DNA of 64,000 nt. It comes from Eledone cirrhosa. Lineage: Eukaryota. The position numbers and the translations under genes were made by a program. Under the pieces are notes generated by a model, which searched no databases, was not told the origin of the DNA, and was given only the letters and a program-made list of their open reading frames with translations. The stretch covers positions 299,832,001-299,896,000 of the forward strand of contig OZ024741.1 in NCBI GenBank assembly GCA_964016885.1, given 5' to 3'. Below are positions 28,442 to 49,910 of the stretch, in pieces. Numbering within the stretch: the stretch's first letter is position 1; every line of letters begins with the position of its first letter.

Positions 28442-28637
28442 GTTGCATTTTCATCTTTTCCCCTTATACTTTCACTCGTGTAGGACACCTCGGTTATTTT
28501 TCATTTTGTAAAAAAAACCTCACTTTCTAATAATATATATATTATTAGAAAGTGATGTTTTTTTACAAAATGAAAAATAACCGAGGTGTCCTACACGAGT
28601 GAAAGTATAAGAAAAAGAATGAAATCGAAAATGCAAC
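28442..28637. repeat. Tail-to-tail palindrome of the PLE 3' end, centred on short (TA)n
   Basis: gttgcattttc...cactttctaataatatat|atattattagaaagtg...gaaaatgcaac. Confidence 0.9.
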
Positions 28638-29033
28638 TGGAGTCTTTTTCTTTTTAAATATATATATTTATTTGGTTCCTTTACCGGTTTCGCAGTTTTT
28701 CTGGTTTTCAAAAGTAGAATTGAGATGGAGGGTCTGTGGTTTTTCTCACATCTGGTTGGTCTTTGAATGTTACTTCTGTTTTATGTTTTATGGTTATGAA
28801 TGAAATTATGACTGTCAAGTGAACAAGTTCATTAAATTTTGCGCCCGCATTTGGGAATTTGTTTTGTAGCCTTTTAGAGAATTTTGTGCCAAACAACAGA
28901 TAATGGTCAAGAAAAATGGGATGGGGAGAATTGTTATGGTTCAGTGAATATGGCTGGTAGCCTGGGGTGTCAGAATTCAGACTTTCTATTGAAATAAAGA
29001 AAGTAGATATATGTATGTTTATTTGTGTGCCTT

Positions 29034-29067
<34 letters not shown>

Positions 29068-30335
29068 TGTGTGTCTGTGTGTGTATATATGTGTGTGTGT
29101 GGGAGTATGGTTAGCATGTTAAGATGGAGAGACAATATATATATATTGTTTGTGTGTGTGTGTGTAGGAAAATGATTCTATTAGTAGAAATGGGGGAGGG
29201 AGCTGTGTGTGTGTAGGAATGTTATGTGTGTGTGTGGGTATTATGTGTGTGTGTGGGAGTATGGTTAGCATTTTAAGTATATATTTTAAGTATATATTCT
29301 TTTGTGTGTGTGTAGGAAAATGATTCCGTTAGTAGAAATGGGGGGGGCGGTTATGTGTATGTGGGGTGTGCGGTTAGCATGTTAATGTGATAGACTATTA
29401 ACGTATGTTAAGGTTTATTTAGTTCTGGTTTTTATTTTCTTAATTAGAAGGTGTTAAGTGTGTATGTATGTGTCTGTTTGGATGGTTAGCATGTTATGGT
29501 GTTGACATAATGTATATTAAACTATATTTAATGCTGGTCTATATTTTTGAATAAACATATTTTCCCTATTTATTCGTATTTGTTCTGTTGTATTGTCAGA
29601 GCAAAGATAAATGGGAAGACTTGGAATTTGTCTGTCTTATTACTTGCGCATATATCTAGATGTGCACTAACAATGACAAGATCCAACCACGAGACAGATA
29701 TCACTATATCTGTCTCGTGGTTGGATCTTGTAATTGTTGGCGATGAACTGTAATTCTATTTCTGAGTGTGAGTTTAGTTCTTCCTATATAATCTTCATTG
29801 CATCCTTTACATTTGATGGCATGAAGTAGATTTTTGATGAACAAGTGAAGTGATTTTTTAGAGCAAAATTTTGTCCTGATTGAAATGTATACGTGTTGCC
29901 TTCAATGAGGTGAGTACAGGTTCCACAATTAGAGCGACCACATCTTTTGACAGTTGGTTTTGGGTTTGTGGTAGGTAATTTGGCATTGGTGAATAATGTT
30001 TTTAGTGATTTCGCTTGTCTTTCGCTTTTAATTATTTTGTGTGTTTCAAGGACTTTTTTCATTCTTGGGTCTTGTTTCAATAGTGGGATGTTCTTGTGAA
30101 TAGTGTTGTAAGCTTCCGCATTTCTCCGGTTGTGTGTTGAGATATATGATAGAATATTGGACGTACCTTGAATTTGTTTCTGTTTACGTAATTCATCAAT
30201 AGCCCTTTCTATTCCATTATTTATATACCATCATGTATTAGTAATGGTGGGTCCTGTCTTTCCTTTAATTCTTGAAGTCTTTTATTTCGCGTTTCATAAT
30301 TGGAGACAATTGTGAAAATTCTTCTTGCATCAACC
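28538..30335 (-). mobile_element. Penelope-like element (Neptune-type Cys linker), 5'-truncated, with 3' UTR and HHR
   Basis: ORF 29784-30080 DPRMKKVLETHKIIKSERQAKSLK...KRCGRSNCGTC...HFTCSS followed by frameshifted GIY-YIG sequence. The 3' UTR ends in the family A HHR tail. Confidence 0.85.
28675..28716 (-). ncRNA. Hammerhead motif, U3-A8 variant, family A copy 3 (in PLE 3' UTR)
   Basis: Reverse complement: TACTT-TTGAAAA-C CAG aaaaa CTG C-GAAA-CCGG-TA^AAGG. Confidence 0.55.
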
Positions 30336-30622
30336 AACCAAACTTCATTCATATATGAAAAAACAACCTGACCCCCCCCCTCTTTTTAAGAACTTTGTAA
30401 CGCGAACTGGCGCGAAATTTATTATAATTATTCACCAACCAATCAAATTACTTCTCTAAAAACCTGGCATTTCGATATATTATATATTATAGTGAAGAAT
30501 ATATTGAGGTTAGATTTGTAGCTATTGTAGAAAATGTATTTGCATATTACAATTATTTCAATCTCGATCATCAACTCGGGTGTCATCAAGATGATCGAAG
30601 CTCGACTCTTCTTCAACATATC

Positions 30623-30728
<106 letters not shown>

Positions 30729-30888
30729 GCGTAGAAACATCCAAATCCCCAGTAGACAACTGATGAGGACCCGCACCCCGTTCTTGCGTTCTTCTTATTC
30801 TCATTCCATGTTTAAGGCTACCTTAACTACCAGCTACACAGCCAATCCTATTCTCTCTCACTCTCATTTTTTATATATATATATATAT

Positions 30889-30934
<46 letters not shown>

Positions 30935-31410
30935 GGGGGGGGGGATAAAGAGATACAGAGAGTGACAGAGATATCACGAAATAACATGGGGCAGTAAAGG
31001 ATGGATATGTTGTCATATATTTATATATAGGCGTATATCCATTCTGCATATGCAGATATAACTTTATCATTTCGTTTGGCTATTTGGTGCATACATTAAT
31101 GTATATGTTAATTAACTACCGACATAAGTGCTAATAATATGCAAATGAGTACGACCAATTCAAGCTACTAGGTAACGCTCTTTAGGCGATATTGAACGAC
31201 TAATATAATATATAATATTCATAGGTGTTGTGTCGACAAATTAAAATCTCGAATTTTCCCAATGATTTTTAAGAAAGGATCTTAATAAATATTATCAAGA
31301 TCTGGTGATCTTGGTAGACTACATTGTTTCTCACGAAAAATCTTATTGAAATATTAACTCTCTGCTGGAACATCATAGCTATGCAGTAGGAAGCTGAATA
31401 GAAAAAAATA

Positions 31411-31513
<103 letters not shown>

Positions 31514-31588
31514 GCATATATATACATATATATAAATATATGTGCGCGTGTGTGTGTGTGTGTGTATATACATGCGTGTGTTTGTGTG

Positions 31589-31626
<38 letters not shown>

Positions 31627-31901
31627 AATATATTTCTGCGGCTTTTAATTCAATTTTCATACATTCGTATTATAATTTAAATCGCATTCGTTTATAACTT
31701 CGTCAAGCGGATTACTTCCATTAAACTTTACTGTTGCCTTTATATAATTACAAGAAAGCTTCAGAAGTGGATTACGTTCACAGCGTTCTGAATGTAGGGT
31801 AATGAATAGGAAAGCATTTGTAAATATGTTGCAATATATGTATAGTGGTGAACTCCAAAATACATGTCTACTCTAAAAGATACCATTATTGATATATTGA
31901 A

Positions 31902-32086
31902 GGGCGGTGGATTGGCAGTATCGGTAGAGGGTCGGACGCCATGCTTTCCAGCATAGTTACGTCCCTTTACGATCTGAGTTCAAATCCCGCCGAGGTTGAC
32001 TTTGCCTTTCATCCTTACGGGGTCGATAAAATAAAGTACCAGTAATGCACTGGGTAATTGCTGGCCTTGTGCCTAAAGTAGAAACA
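31902..32086 (+). mobile_element. Full-length major-family tRNA-derived SINE with 17-bp TSD
   Basis: A box tggcagtatcgg, B box gagttcaaatcc, central gactttgcctttcatcc..gtcgataaaataaagtacc. TSD attattgatatattgaa at 31885-31901 and 32087-32103. Confidence 0.93.
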
Positions 32087-32218
32087 ATTATTGATATATT
32101 GAATGGTAAAAGAAGAATATGTGCACCTTGTAAATAAGTATTTGATTCAATTGGAACAAACGTCTAATGAATAGATTCGGTCAATGCCATTCACACAAAA
32201 TTAGCACATGTACCATAC

Positions 32219-32286
<68 letters not shown>

Positions 32287-34665
32287 GTGTGTGTATGTGT
32301 GTGTGGTGTGTGAGTTTGTGTGTGTGTACATATATCTGTTTAGATATTTGTGCGCGCGTGTCTAATATAGGCATTTAAAATGCAATTATATTTAAAACAT
32401 TAGCTCATTTCCTTAGTTAATACTCAAAAGTAGCAATGATTTCAAAGTTTCGCGTTTTTCATATTACTATACGCACAATAAGATGAAAAAGATTTCAATA
32501 CTACAGTATATTGTTTCCCACCGACCTAAATGCAATTCATGATAATTTATTTTTGAATGATATTGCATTGATCCCACATCTGAGTTTAACAGTGGCAAAC
32601 ATGCCTTATTTACCATGAGACATTTTTATAGATCTAATGAGGAGACTGTGAATCAAAGCACTTTCTTCCTTAAAGGCGCCTCACGTAAGCCATACAAATA
32701 TCTCGTGTTATTCAAGATTATAATATTCTACTTGACGTGTCAAGCTGATCCAGATAACACGTAGAAGCGGCTTGTTGGAAAATGTTCTCCCTATTTATCA
32801 GATTCGGTCGTCATCGGTTTCGGCGATGAATGTTATAGTTAATTGATAAACGGAACAGCTTGTTATGAAATTAGTCTGTACGCGTATACCTTTAGCATAC
32901 TTTTTCAGGGAGAACAAATTTGAAGCATTTTACATCAAGGCTAAGTCTTTTTAGTTGGATGTAGATTCTAAATGATGCAGATCTGCCAACCTGTAGAAAC
33001 CCAAAAGGGGAATACCATGAAAAAGAGTGGCAAAACACGGGGAAAAATGACTGACAATTGGAAGGTTTTACATAATAAAAGCTATACCCATTTTCACAAG
33101 AGAGACCAGAGAGAGTTGACAGTTTTGCCGACGGATTTCTAAACAGTTTCCGTTTACCAAGTTCCATTCAGAAGGCTTAGTTCGATTTGAGATTATGTTT
33201 ATTGCGACTTCCTGTTCATTCGGCAACGCTAGTTAGTAATACTTATCTGAGTCACAAGGCATCAAATGTATAGTTTACAGTGACGATAATCAGGGTAGAA
33301 ATATGAAAACTGTTCTACATTGCATGAAGACAAAATATCTATCTTTGTACAAGTATGTCGATATATTGAATTAAAATCTCAACTAACAGTGTGGATTTCT
33401 AGAAAAAACAGATGCATTTCATATACTTAAAGCAGGACAAATTTCCCAAAGTATGTCTACTCCCACTTGAATATAACAACATATTATACTTCATGAAAAA
33501 ACATGTGATATGTGTCATTAGCACATATTTACTATAAATGCTAGGGGATTAACCGGTTAGTCTAAATTTAGCAATTGATAATACTGACGAAACGTGATAT
33601 GTACATAAGCAACAAACGTTAGGGATATAGAAAGAGAGGAACTTACATTTCGAGAGTGAAATAAATCACAAAATAATGTTTATTGATTCAACCACAAACA
33701 ACGATTTGATATGGCAAAGGATATTCGTTTAAATCGACACCTGAACTTGTCTGTGGAACCCGGAAGAATCAATGGCAATGTTGACCTTGGAAGAATAACG
33801 AAGTGTATTTCGTTTCAACCTACGCAAAACACTCCACATATATATCAGAAGATATGGTTACTAAACGAGCCACAAACCTAGTAATTTGCGATGGAATCTG
33901 GACGTCCATTGAATTAACCTCGGTATGTGAGAGGTACTTTATTTTATTGACAGTGGAATGGTGAAAGGCACAGTAAACCGTGGCCTCATTTGAACTCAAA
34001 ATGTAAAGAGCCAGAATAAATACCGCATAGCATTGTTCCTGACAATAACTTCTCTGAAAATCGAAAGAAAAAATATTAACTAGAAACTAATAACAGCAGT
34101 AATAACGACAAACATGTGGTGAGGGCTTGGATGCACAATGAAACCTAATGAAAGAACAAAATATTAGAGTTATGCCTAGAAGCGTGATACAGGTCAAGTT
34201 ATGAAAAATTATGTAATGGTATGAAACTTTTACATTTCCCTCATGTACTAATCTCTGGATTTATAAATTAACACACATACCCATGCGTACATTTCTAATT
34301 TGTATTCGTTTGTATAGCTAAATATGGGTGCATAGCAGTATGAATTCCATTTTTTGTCACTCGAAATAAAGGATAAAGGAGAGAGAAACAGTTGTGTCGT
34401 GCTGCGAAAATGTGAAGAGGAAAGAGGATTACAAAGAGATGTAGATAATATATATATATGTATTAAGGATACTATTTATGGTTATGTATGTAATAAAACC
34501 TTTTATGGTTATATATTTTTTATACAAACCCTAAATAGTGAAAGATAGTTATTAATTACTATCTTATTACCAGTAAGATAAATAGCTCTATGTAATAACA
34601 TCGGTTGTTTTACAGAGCAGTTATATAGAGATTACAATAATCAAAGTTCAGTTTAAATCATTTAT

Positions 34666-34714
34666 TTGCTTACAATTGTTTCCTCCAAACCGAGGTTTGG
34701 ATTCTTCGGTGCAA
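34666..34714 (-). ncRNA. Type I hammerhead motif (U4C substitution, A.G at base of stem II)
   Basis: Reverse complement: TTGCA-CCGAAGA-A TCCAAACC tc GGTTTGGA G-GAAA-CAATTG-TA^AGCAA. Confidence 0.6.
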
Positions 34715-36503
34715 CTATTTAGTGATCTATAACATACTTGACCTCCTTTTCAACACAAGAAACATATAAAAACATATGCACATATTGATCAACAGTGGGA
34801 TGACATCCATCAAAATGATATAGCATGGCAATTTACATATAAAGGTTAAAGGATAAAGATAAAAATAAAAATAAAAATAAAAATAAAATAAAAATGAAGC
34901 ATTGGCAGTCTATGAAGATAAAGCAAGAGGAAAGTTTAGAGTAGTCAGTGTATGAAACAATCTCACGTGTAGCATGCACGCGTGTCTTATTTATACAGGA
35001 TTAGAGTGCGTCAGAATGTTACTTGCAGGGTCAGGCAGTTGAAGCAGGCAATCGATATTATTATGTGGGCTGAATTATTAAATCATTTTTTCGCATACAC
35101 CTGTATGATATACAGTCCCGAATGTGGAGAAACACCAAAATATCAAAATATCAAACATATTATAAAACATATTATATCGTAGGCAAAACAGTACCACTGT
35201 CTTCTGGCACACCACCACTCACATACTCCATGGGACGCAATATATAGATCACGGGTCTATCATATAATTCATGATGGTTCGGCATATAACCAAGTTATAA
35301 ACCGTATCTTGTCGATTCTTAATTAATAGATCATGTTGTTTAGTTTTGTGTGATGATATTATATTGCGGACGTGTGTGTATGACCAAGGGGAATTAATAC
35401 GTAAGGGGAGGTAACTAGCTGGTTTACTTAGTTAAATTTATTATCCTAAATTACATTAATGGTCTTTCAAATAAGTGCCTATCATATGATGCTATAACTA
35501 ATTTCTAGATTATGTTACTTATCTATAGGTTACAGTGTTGTCTAATAAGAAGTACTAAAGGTGTATATATCAGGATGATTACCTTCTATTAAGGGGTGTC
35601 ATATCTGAACATTCTATAAGAATAGTCAGACCCCCAAATCAATGTTCTTTGTAAGTGTAACGTTAACGTTAACGTAAACCTCAGTTTGTTTCAACGTGGT
35701 ACGGTGTGTAATTTGAATAATAGATATCATCCATACGACGAGCTGACAAACAAATTCTATTTATTAAATTTCACTCGAGAGTTGTAGGTCATGCCGAGGT
35801 TACGCGAGGGAATATTAACTAGAATGCTCTATAATAAACAGCAGCTAATCGTTAACGTTGACCGAGCATTGTTGCATGATGTTGCAAACAGCTGATGAGT
35901 ACCTAAGGTTCCCTACGATATTCGAAATAACTCTGAATAGCAAACATTCTGATAATGTATATCATTTTTCATTGACAAAACTCATATTGCTTTCATCATC
36001 TGAAGCATTTCTCACTTCAAACTTCATTTGCCATATTAATAATAGATAAAATAATATTTTCCTTTAATAATTCTCAAGGCATTTACTTTATTTTCTAACA
36101 TAATTCTTTCACCCCAGGGCTCTGATTAATAAAACCTGACTAACATGTTCGCTACTTTTTAAATTCAGATATGGATTTATATTTTACCATGTTTTTTCTC
36201 AATTATTCTCTATCTGCTAATAAATTGTTAGCATTCCAGCATATTTTTTACTGGGTTAATGATATTAAATTCAACTTCTGAAATCGCTAAGCCCTAACAT
36301 TAACTGTTACATTTCTACTTCGGCTGAAATGGAATAATAAGGATTAACAGAAGCATTACTGATTCGTTTCTTATCTCCCTTCTCTCATTATTTTGACGCA
36401 TGGCAATAACCTTTTCCGTTTGGCAAAACATCCCGAAAAATATATATATGCAAAATGTTATAAATATATGCTACACACCTGTACACACACGCAAACACAC
36501 AAG

Positions 36504-43969
<7,466 letters not shown>

Positions 43970-44481
43970 TATGATATAATATATACATGTATATATGTAT
44001 CTATATAGAGAGAGAGGGGTGAGAGGGAGAAACAGAGAAAGTCACTTAGAAATTTGAACATATTACCGTATTTGATATTAAAATAGCCAGGTGATATTTA
44101 AGAAAGTCTGTATATATAATTTTATAGTTCAGATTTAGAGTAGAAAATTAAAATAATTAAGAAAAGGATATATTTGCACGCGATCAATGAAAAGTCTAGA
44201 ACAATTCAAGTGATGCTGGAAAACGGAATGCTCTTCGCTGAGCTTATAATCTCACATTTTAAAAAGATATCCTACATATACATTGCATTCAATCAAGTAC
44301 TTTCGTATTAACATCATATACATACAATTATAAATGAAATCCGTGATTTTTTCTTGCATGCATTGGTTTAAACACTTCAAAATAAATGCATGCAACTACT
44401 ACCCTATATGCATACTCACAAAACACACACACACACACATATGACCGTATATATACACACACTCAAACCACCCGCACAGAA

Positions 44482-44544
<63 letters not shown>

Positions 44545-44549
<5 letters not shown>

Positions 44550-45354
44550 CAAAATAACAGATTAATGTTTAAGCAAAGAATCGCAGCTTTCACCCTTAAC
44601 TGGATCTTCTGAAACTAACAAAGTCAATCTGTGAACGCAGTAGTGAGTATTTTAAAAAATGTTGCAACCGGAGGAAGACAGGAAGACGATACTTTGGTTC
44701 GTTGAAACGTTCTCTGGCAAAGAAGGGGAAAAAAACGAATATAATACGTCATTATTTGGAGCGGTGAAAGACAATTACACGCAAAGACAAAACCACGTTT
44801 ATGGTATAAAAGAATTCATAGACTAATATTCTATTAGGTGGTTCATAGAGACGTTCTCTGGCAATGAACGGAAAAAACGAAGATAATACGTCATAAGTGG
44901 ACCGTGGAGAACAATTGCACGCAAAGACAAAACCACGTAAATGGTATAACTGAAGTCGTAGCCTAACATTCTAACTGGGAAACCGAATGATTCTTGGTTT
45001 CAGAGTTAAGAATAAAGTAAATAAAATACAGAGGTAAATGTAATTAAATAAATACATACACGCATCCATATACGTACATACACAAGCATACGCGAAAACA
45101 CTCGCCATAGGTATACAAATACACGCACGTACACAGAAAGAAAAAAAAAACGCACGCACATACGTTTTTTCCTGTTCTTTGCCAGGGAACGTTACCACGA
45201 ACCAAAGTATCGTATTTCTGTCTACCTCCGGTTGCAAAGTTTTTTGAAATATTCACTTCTGCGTTCACAGATTGACTTTGTTAGTTTAAGAAGATCCCGT
45301 TAAGGGTGAAAGCAGCGATTCTTTGCTTAAACTTTAATCTGTTATTTTAATAAA
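44545..45354. repeat. Inverted repeat (44545-44737 / 45163-45354) enclosing a ~144-bp direct repeat
   Basis: Arms are reverse complements. Direct repeat starts at 44704 and 44848. Degenerate HHR-like AGAAGA-T CCC gttaa GGG T-GAAA-GC in the arms. Confidence 0.85.
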
Positions 45355-45440
45355 CATTTGCTCTACGGTTCTTATATATTTAATATATATTTATCCTTAT
45401 CGAGCACTCTTTGGATTTTAGTCTTCAAATGTATTATTAT

Positions 45441-45495
<55 letters not shown>

Positions 45496-45589
45496 AATAT
45501 ACATAAACATACATACATGAATATATGTATATTAAATGTATGGATCTATACATTTACAGATACGTGAGGTCAGGGAGACTAGCCTGTAC

Positions 45590-47030
45590 CATTTAGGCTC
45601 TGCTCTGCTTCCCCTTTATAGATAGGGCATATCCCGGAGGAAAAGACCTACAGACGCATAAAACATTCTCAGAAACAGGAAAATCCTTATGAAACGAAGA
45701 ACAAAGATCTCAGATCTCTGAAATGCAGAACAGATAAACGAGAAGGAAATCCATTTGAAATAGGTAGTGCTGGAAATTGAAAATGCACTCAAACTTTCCC
45801 ATGAAAAGGAGAGCGCTGGGAAAAAACATTGCCATAGAAATTATACAAAGAAACCCTAACGCCTTCTTTGAATTTGCAAAATACACTGCTTCGGTGCACT
45901 GCAAAATACACTACTTAATGTGGATAGTCAAGTGATACGTGAGATATTGAATTTACAGTACAATTAACACATGCAAATAACAAAGCCAGAGGAATTCTTT
46001 GATTTCACAGCAGTACACGGAGAAACCATCAACCACAGATATAACACGGAAAGTTATAATATCAGCCATAGAGGAAATCAGAGCAAACTCTGCTGCTGAA
46101 CCTGATGAATTTCCAGTAACCTTCCTAAACACATTCAAATGTACCTTAGCGAGACCACTGAAGATCCTCTTCAAAAGTTTTCTAGCTAAGGGTAAACTAC
46201 CCAGAGAGGTAAACGAAGGCATAATATGCCCTATCCATAGAGGGGGAAGCAGAGCAGCGGCTAAAAAGTACAAGCCAATCTCCCTGGCGTCATATGTCAG
46301 TAGGGTTATTGAATGAATCAGAATGAAAATGACCGCTTCCCTCTAGGATAATGATAATACCGAGCATGAGTTTCGCCCTGGAAGAAAGCTGCCTTACCCA
46401 GCATTTACAACACTAAAACTGGGTACTGAAACGGCTGTTGGACCAATTGGAGCAATCAAATATGGATGGGATATATCTTGACTATACAAATTTGCTGAGG
46501 ACAACACCATGCACTTTAATGCTGGAAAATTTCAAGCCCTAAAATATCAACCTGCTAACACAAGGACAGTCCAACACAGCTATGGAGGAGCAGGAGGAAT
46601 CGAATTCCACGTGTCGAAATCGATTTTAACCACAAAGCCTGAAGCAATCCAACGAAGATACACCAAGAGGTTTGCCACAATGAGAGAGATGAGCTACTGG
46701 GAAAGGCTAAAGGAGCTAAATCGCTACTCCTTGGAACGAAAGCGGGACTAACATCAGACTTTGGCATTGAGACCTGGACCCAGTCACGAATAAGACGTCA
46801 ATGTTTAGTGCCAAAGTTCCCAACTTTCACATCTAGAGTTATGAGCAGATACGGCAATACCCTGGAATTAAATACCCCCAACTCTTTAATAAGCTGTACG
46901 TGGATGTTTTTATAAAACATCTTGACACTCTGCTACCCAAGAACCCAGCTGAACCCACAGCAGGGAATGAATGTAATCTAAGAACAACAACAACGAACAC
47001 GCTTCTACATCAATGCCACCCAACGCAGGC
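45590..47030 (+). mobile_element. CR1-clade LINE RT fragment with internal deletions
   Basis: NSAAEPDEFP..LARPLKILF..GIICPIHRGGSR..KYKPISLASYVSRVIE..FRPGR..IYLDY; MHFNAGKFQAL..EAIQRRYTKRF..SYWERLKELNRYSLE. Confidence 0.85.
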
Positions 47031-47117
47031 TTGATACAGAAAGTGAAGCAACTAGGGTTGTGTCGCAGCATGACATCAATTAAAAGAGTAAAGGAGTATA
47101 TATATATAGAATAGATT

Positions 47118-47175
<58 letters not shown>

Positions 47176-47228
47176 AATGTATTCTTGGCGCGATCACTTT
47201 GGAAAATCAATTGTCTAAATTTGAGGTA

Positions 47229-47305
47229 ACTTCCTGAAGAATCCGAAGCTCTAGATATCCAATGTTTTCGGATATCTTAAAATGCGGATGAAACCATGTA
47301 GAGGT
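47229..47305 (+). ncRNA. Type I hammerhead ribozyme, intact core
   Basis: ACTTC-CTGAAGA-ATCCG..AGATATCC..GGATATCT..CGGAT-GAAA-C CAT G-TA^GAGGT. Confidence 0.8.
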
Positions 47306-47890
47306 AATTAAATATATACACTTTTCTTCTAGTTTATTTTAAACCTAATTATGTTTAGTTGACTGTATATCTGGGCGATTCATACATGCTGTCGAAATAT
47401 TCGATAAACGATCCGTCGTAACCGCCGCGAAGGGGCCGCTTTCGGTTATTTGTCGGAGATTTCTTTATAGAAGCCTTTATTCTTATAGCTTGGTCTAATT
47501 GATTTTTATATGGTTAATTATGCTAACTGGGAGAGGAAACGGTATATATTTTATCTGGTGATTATATAGACATGTTTTATGATATATAGCTCTGATTATT
47601 TAATTCATTAATTCTTCATTGAGCCACAAAGTGACCCGTTGCAAAACACATATACATTTATGACTTTATATATATATATATGTAAACCTTTATATGTAAT
47701 AATCTCCCGTTAGGTTAAGATACAATTTTGACTGTATTGGGCTGCGCTTTCTAGCAAAAAACCTACCAGCGGTAAGCAATTAATCACATCCTTTCTAACT
47801 TGACCACTGCCACGTCACGATTCTTAGCCATGTTTGAATGTATTCTTGGCGTGATCACTTTGGAAAATCAATTGTCTAAATTTGAGCTAA

Positions 47891-47966
47891 CTTCCTGAAG
47901 AATCCGAAGCTCTAGATATCCAATGTTATCGGATATCTTAAAAGGCGGATGAAACCATGGTAGAGG
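47891..47966 (+). ncRNA. Type I hammerhead ribozyme, intact core
   Basis: CTTC-CTGAAGA-ATCCG...CGGAT-GAAA-CCATGG-TA^GAGG; stem III is the palindrome ACCATGGT. Confidence 0.8.
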
Positions 47967-48242
47967 AAATTAAATATATACACTTTTCTTCTAGTTTATT
48001 TAACACCTAATTCTGTTTAGTTGACTGTATATCTGGTCGATTCATACATGATGTCGAAATATTCGATAAATGATCCGGCGTAACCGCCGCGAAGGGGCTG
48101 CTTTCGGTTATTTGTCGGGGATTTCTTCATAGGAGCCTTTATTCTTATAGCTTGGTCTAATTTATTTTTTATATGGTTAATTATGCTAATTGGGAGAGGA
48201 AACGGTATATATTTTATCTGGTGATTCTATAGACATGTTTTA

Positions 48243-48333
<91 letters not shown>

Positions 48334-48780
48334 CTTGCTTGACAGAAAATTGATATAGATAGACAGATGTATATATGTAAATAAGTTTTTATTTTGTTAC
48401 CTATATTTACAAATACATATATACACACACAAATATATAAATACACAGTGTACATGTATATATTATAAAGAATCATATATACATATATACATTTACCATA
48501 TATTGGAATATGGCTACAGGTGTTACACAGTTGTATGTATATTTGCATTCTCTTTTTTTTACTATTCATACATATTTTTTTGTAAAACATGATATTTGAA
48601 ACTCACGTATTTAATCCCCCTGTGTGTAAAATCGCAGGAAACCTTGGCGAGTGCTTCGAGCACGCATCCACTTTCATACTAGACATCCTCATGACCCACT
48701 CCCAAGAATTGATTCTGGAGTTGTTTTCAAATCATCTATATCAAATATCAAATTTCTGTCAAGCATGTATACATATATAT

Positions 48781-49910
48781 TGTAAACAAACATCCCGAAA
48801 TAAGCCGTACAATGTCTAGCAACTATCGTTGCTCATGTGTTCAACACTGACAAACGAACGCTGTACTAGTTTCAGGCTTATTAGCTATCGTCAGATGGTT
48901 GAACATCTGAAAGTATATAGTTTCCTTATGCATATTAACGGCTGAGCAGCCTAATTTGCATATCGAGTGAGTTAATCGGCCGGGTTACAGAAAACGATAT
49001 ACGGAAAAAATGAAACGAAATTTCATTTCTCACTCTCAGTACGGCTGTTACTTAAATATAAGTATGTATACGTACATACGTATATGTATACATATATATA
49101 TATATATGTACGTATGGATTCACCGAACATTTATTATAATGCTCGGACGTTCAACCATCTGGCAGGAAGGTATACGTTGCTGACGATAGTTAATAAGCTT
49201 CAAACTAGTACAGCGTTCCTTTGTCAGTGTTGAACAAATGAGCAACGATGGTTGCTAGACATTGTACGGCTTAATTCGGGATGTTTGTTTACAAACACAC
49301 CGAGCATTATAATAAATGTTCGGTGAATCCGTACGTACATATATATATGTGTGTATGTATATATATATATATACATACTACTGTACGTCTGTATACATAT
49401 ATGTATGTACGTATACATACTTATATTTAACTAACTGCCGTACTAAGAGTGAGAACTGAAATTTCGTTTCATTTTTTCCGTTTATCGTTTTCGGTACCCC
49501 GGCCGATTAAGTCACTCGATATGCAAATTTGGCTGCTCAGCCGTTAATATGCATAACGAAAGTATATACTTTCAGACGTTCAATCATCTGGCAGGAAGGT
49601 ATACGTTGCTGACGATAGCTAATAATCTTGAAACTAGTACATCGTTCCTTTGTCAGTGTTGAACAAATTAGCAACGATGGTTGCTAGACATTGTACGGCT
49701 TAATTCGGGATGTTTGTTTACAAACACACCGAGCATTATTATAATTGTTCGGTGAATCCATACGTACATATATATATGGGTGCATGTATGTATATATATA
49801 TATACATACTACTGTACGTCTGTATACATATATGTATGTACGTATACATATTTATATTTAAGTAACAGCCGTACTAAGAGTGAGAAATGAAATTTCGTTT
49901 CATTCTTTCC

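Larger units (their letters stand above)
47173..48250 (+). mobile_element. Non-autonomous retrozyme/PLE-tail element: partial tandem with 661-bp period between (TA)n tracts
   Basis: 47173-47588 is repeated at 47834-48250; each copy has an HHR; no ORF. Confidence 0.85.

Noticed and set aside
30760-30800. Isolated CTGATGA/CTGACGA cores (also ~3339, ~33585, ~35892)
   Set aside because: No correctly placed GAAA-stem III-UH or stem I pairing.
31902-31990. tRNA gene
   Set aside because: The A/B boxes belong to a SINE head with a TSD and many dispersed copies; no cloverleaf was evident.
32560-33350. Possible very old RT fragment (..MAYV..KCFDS on - strand)
   Set aside because: Too degenerate to assign without a profile search.
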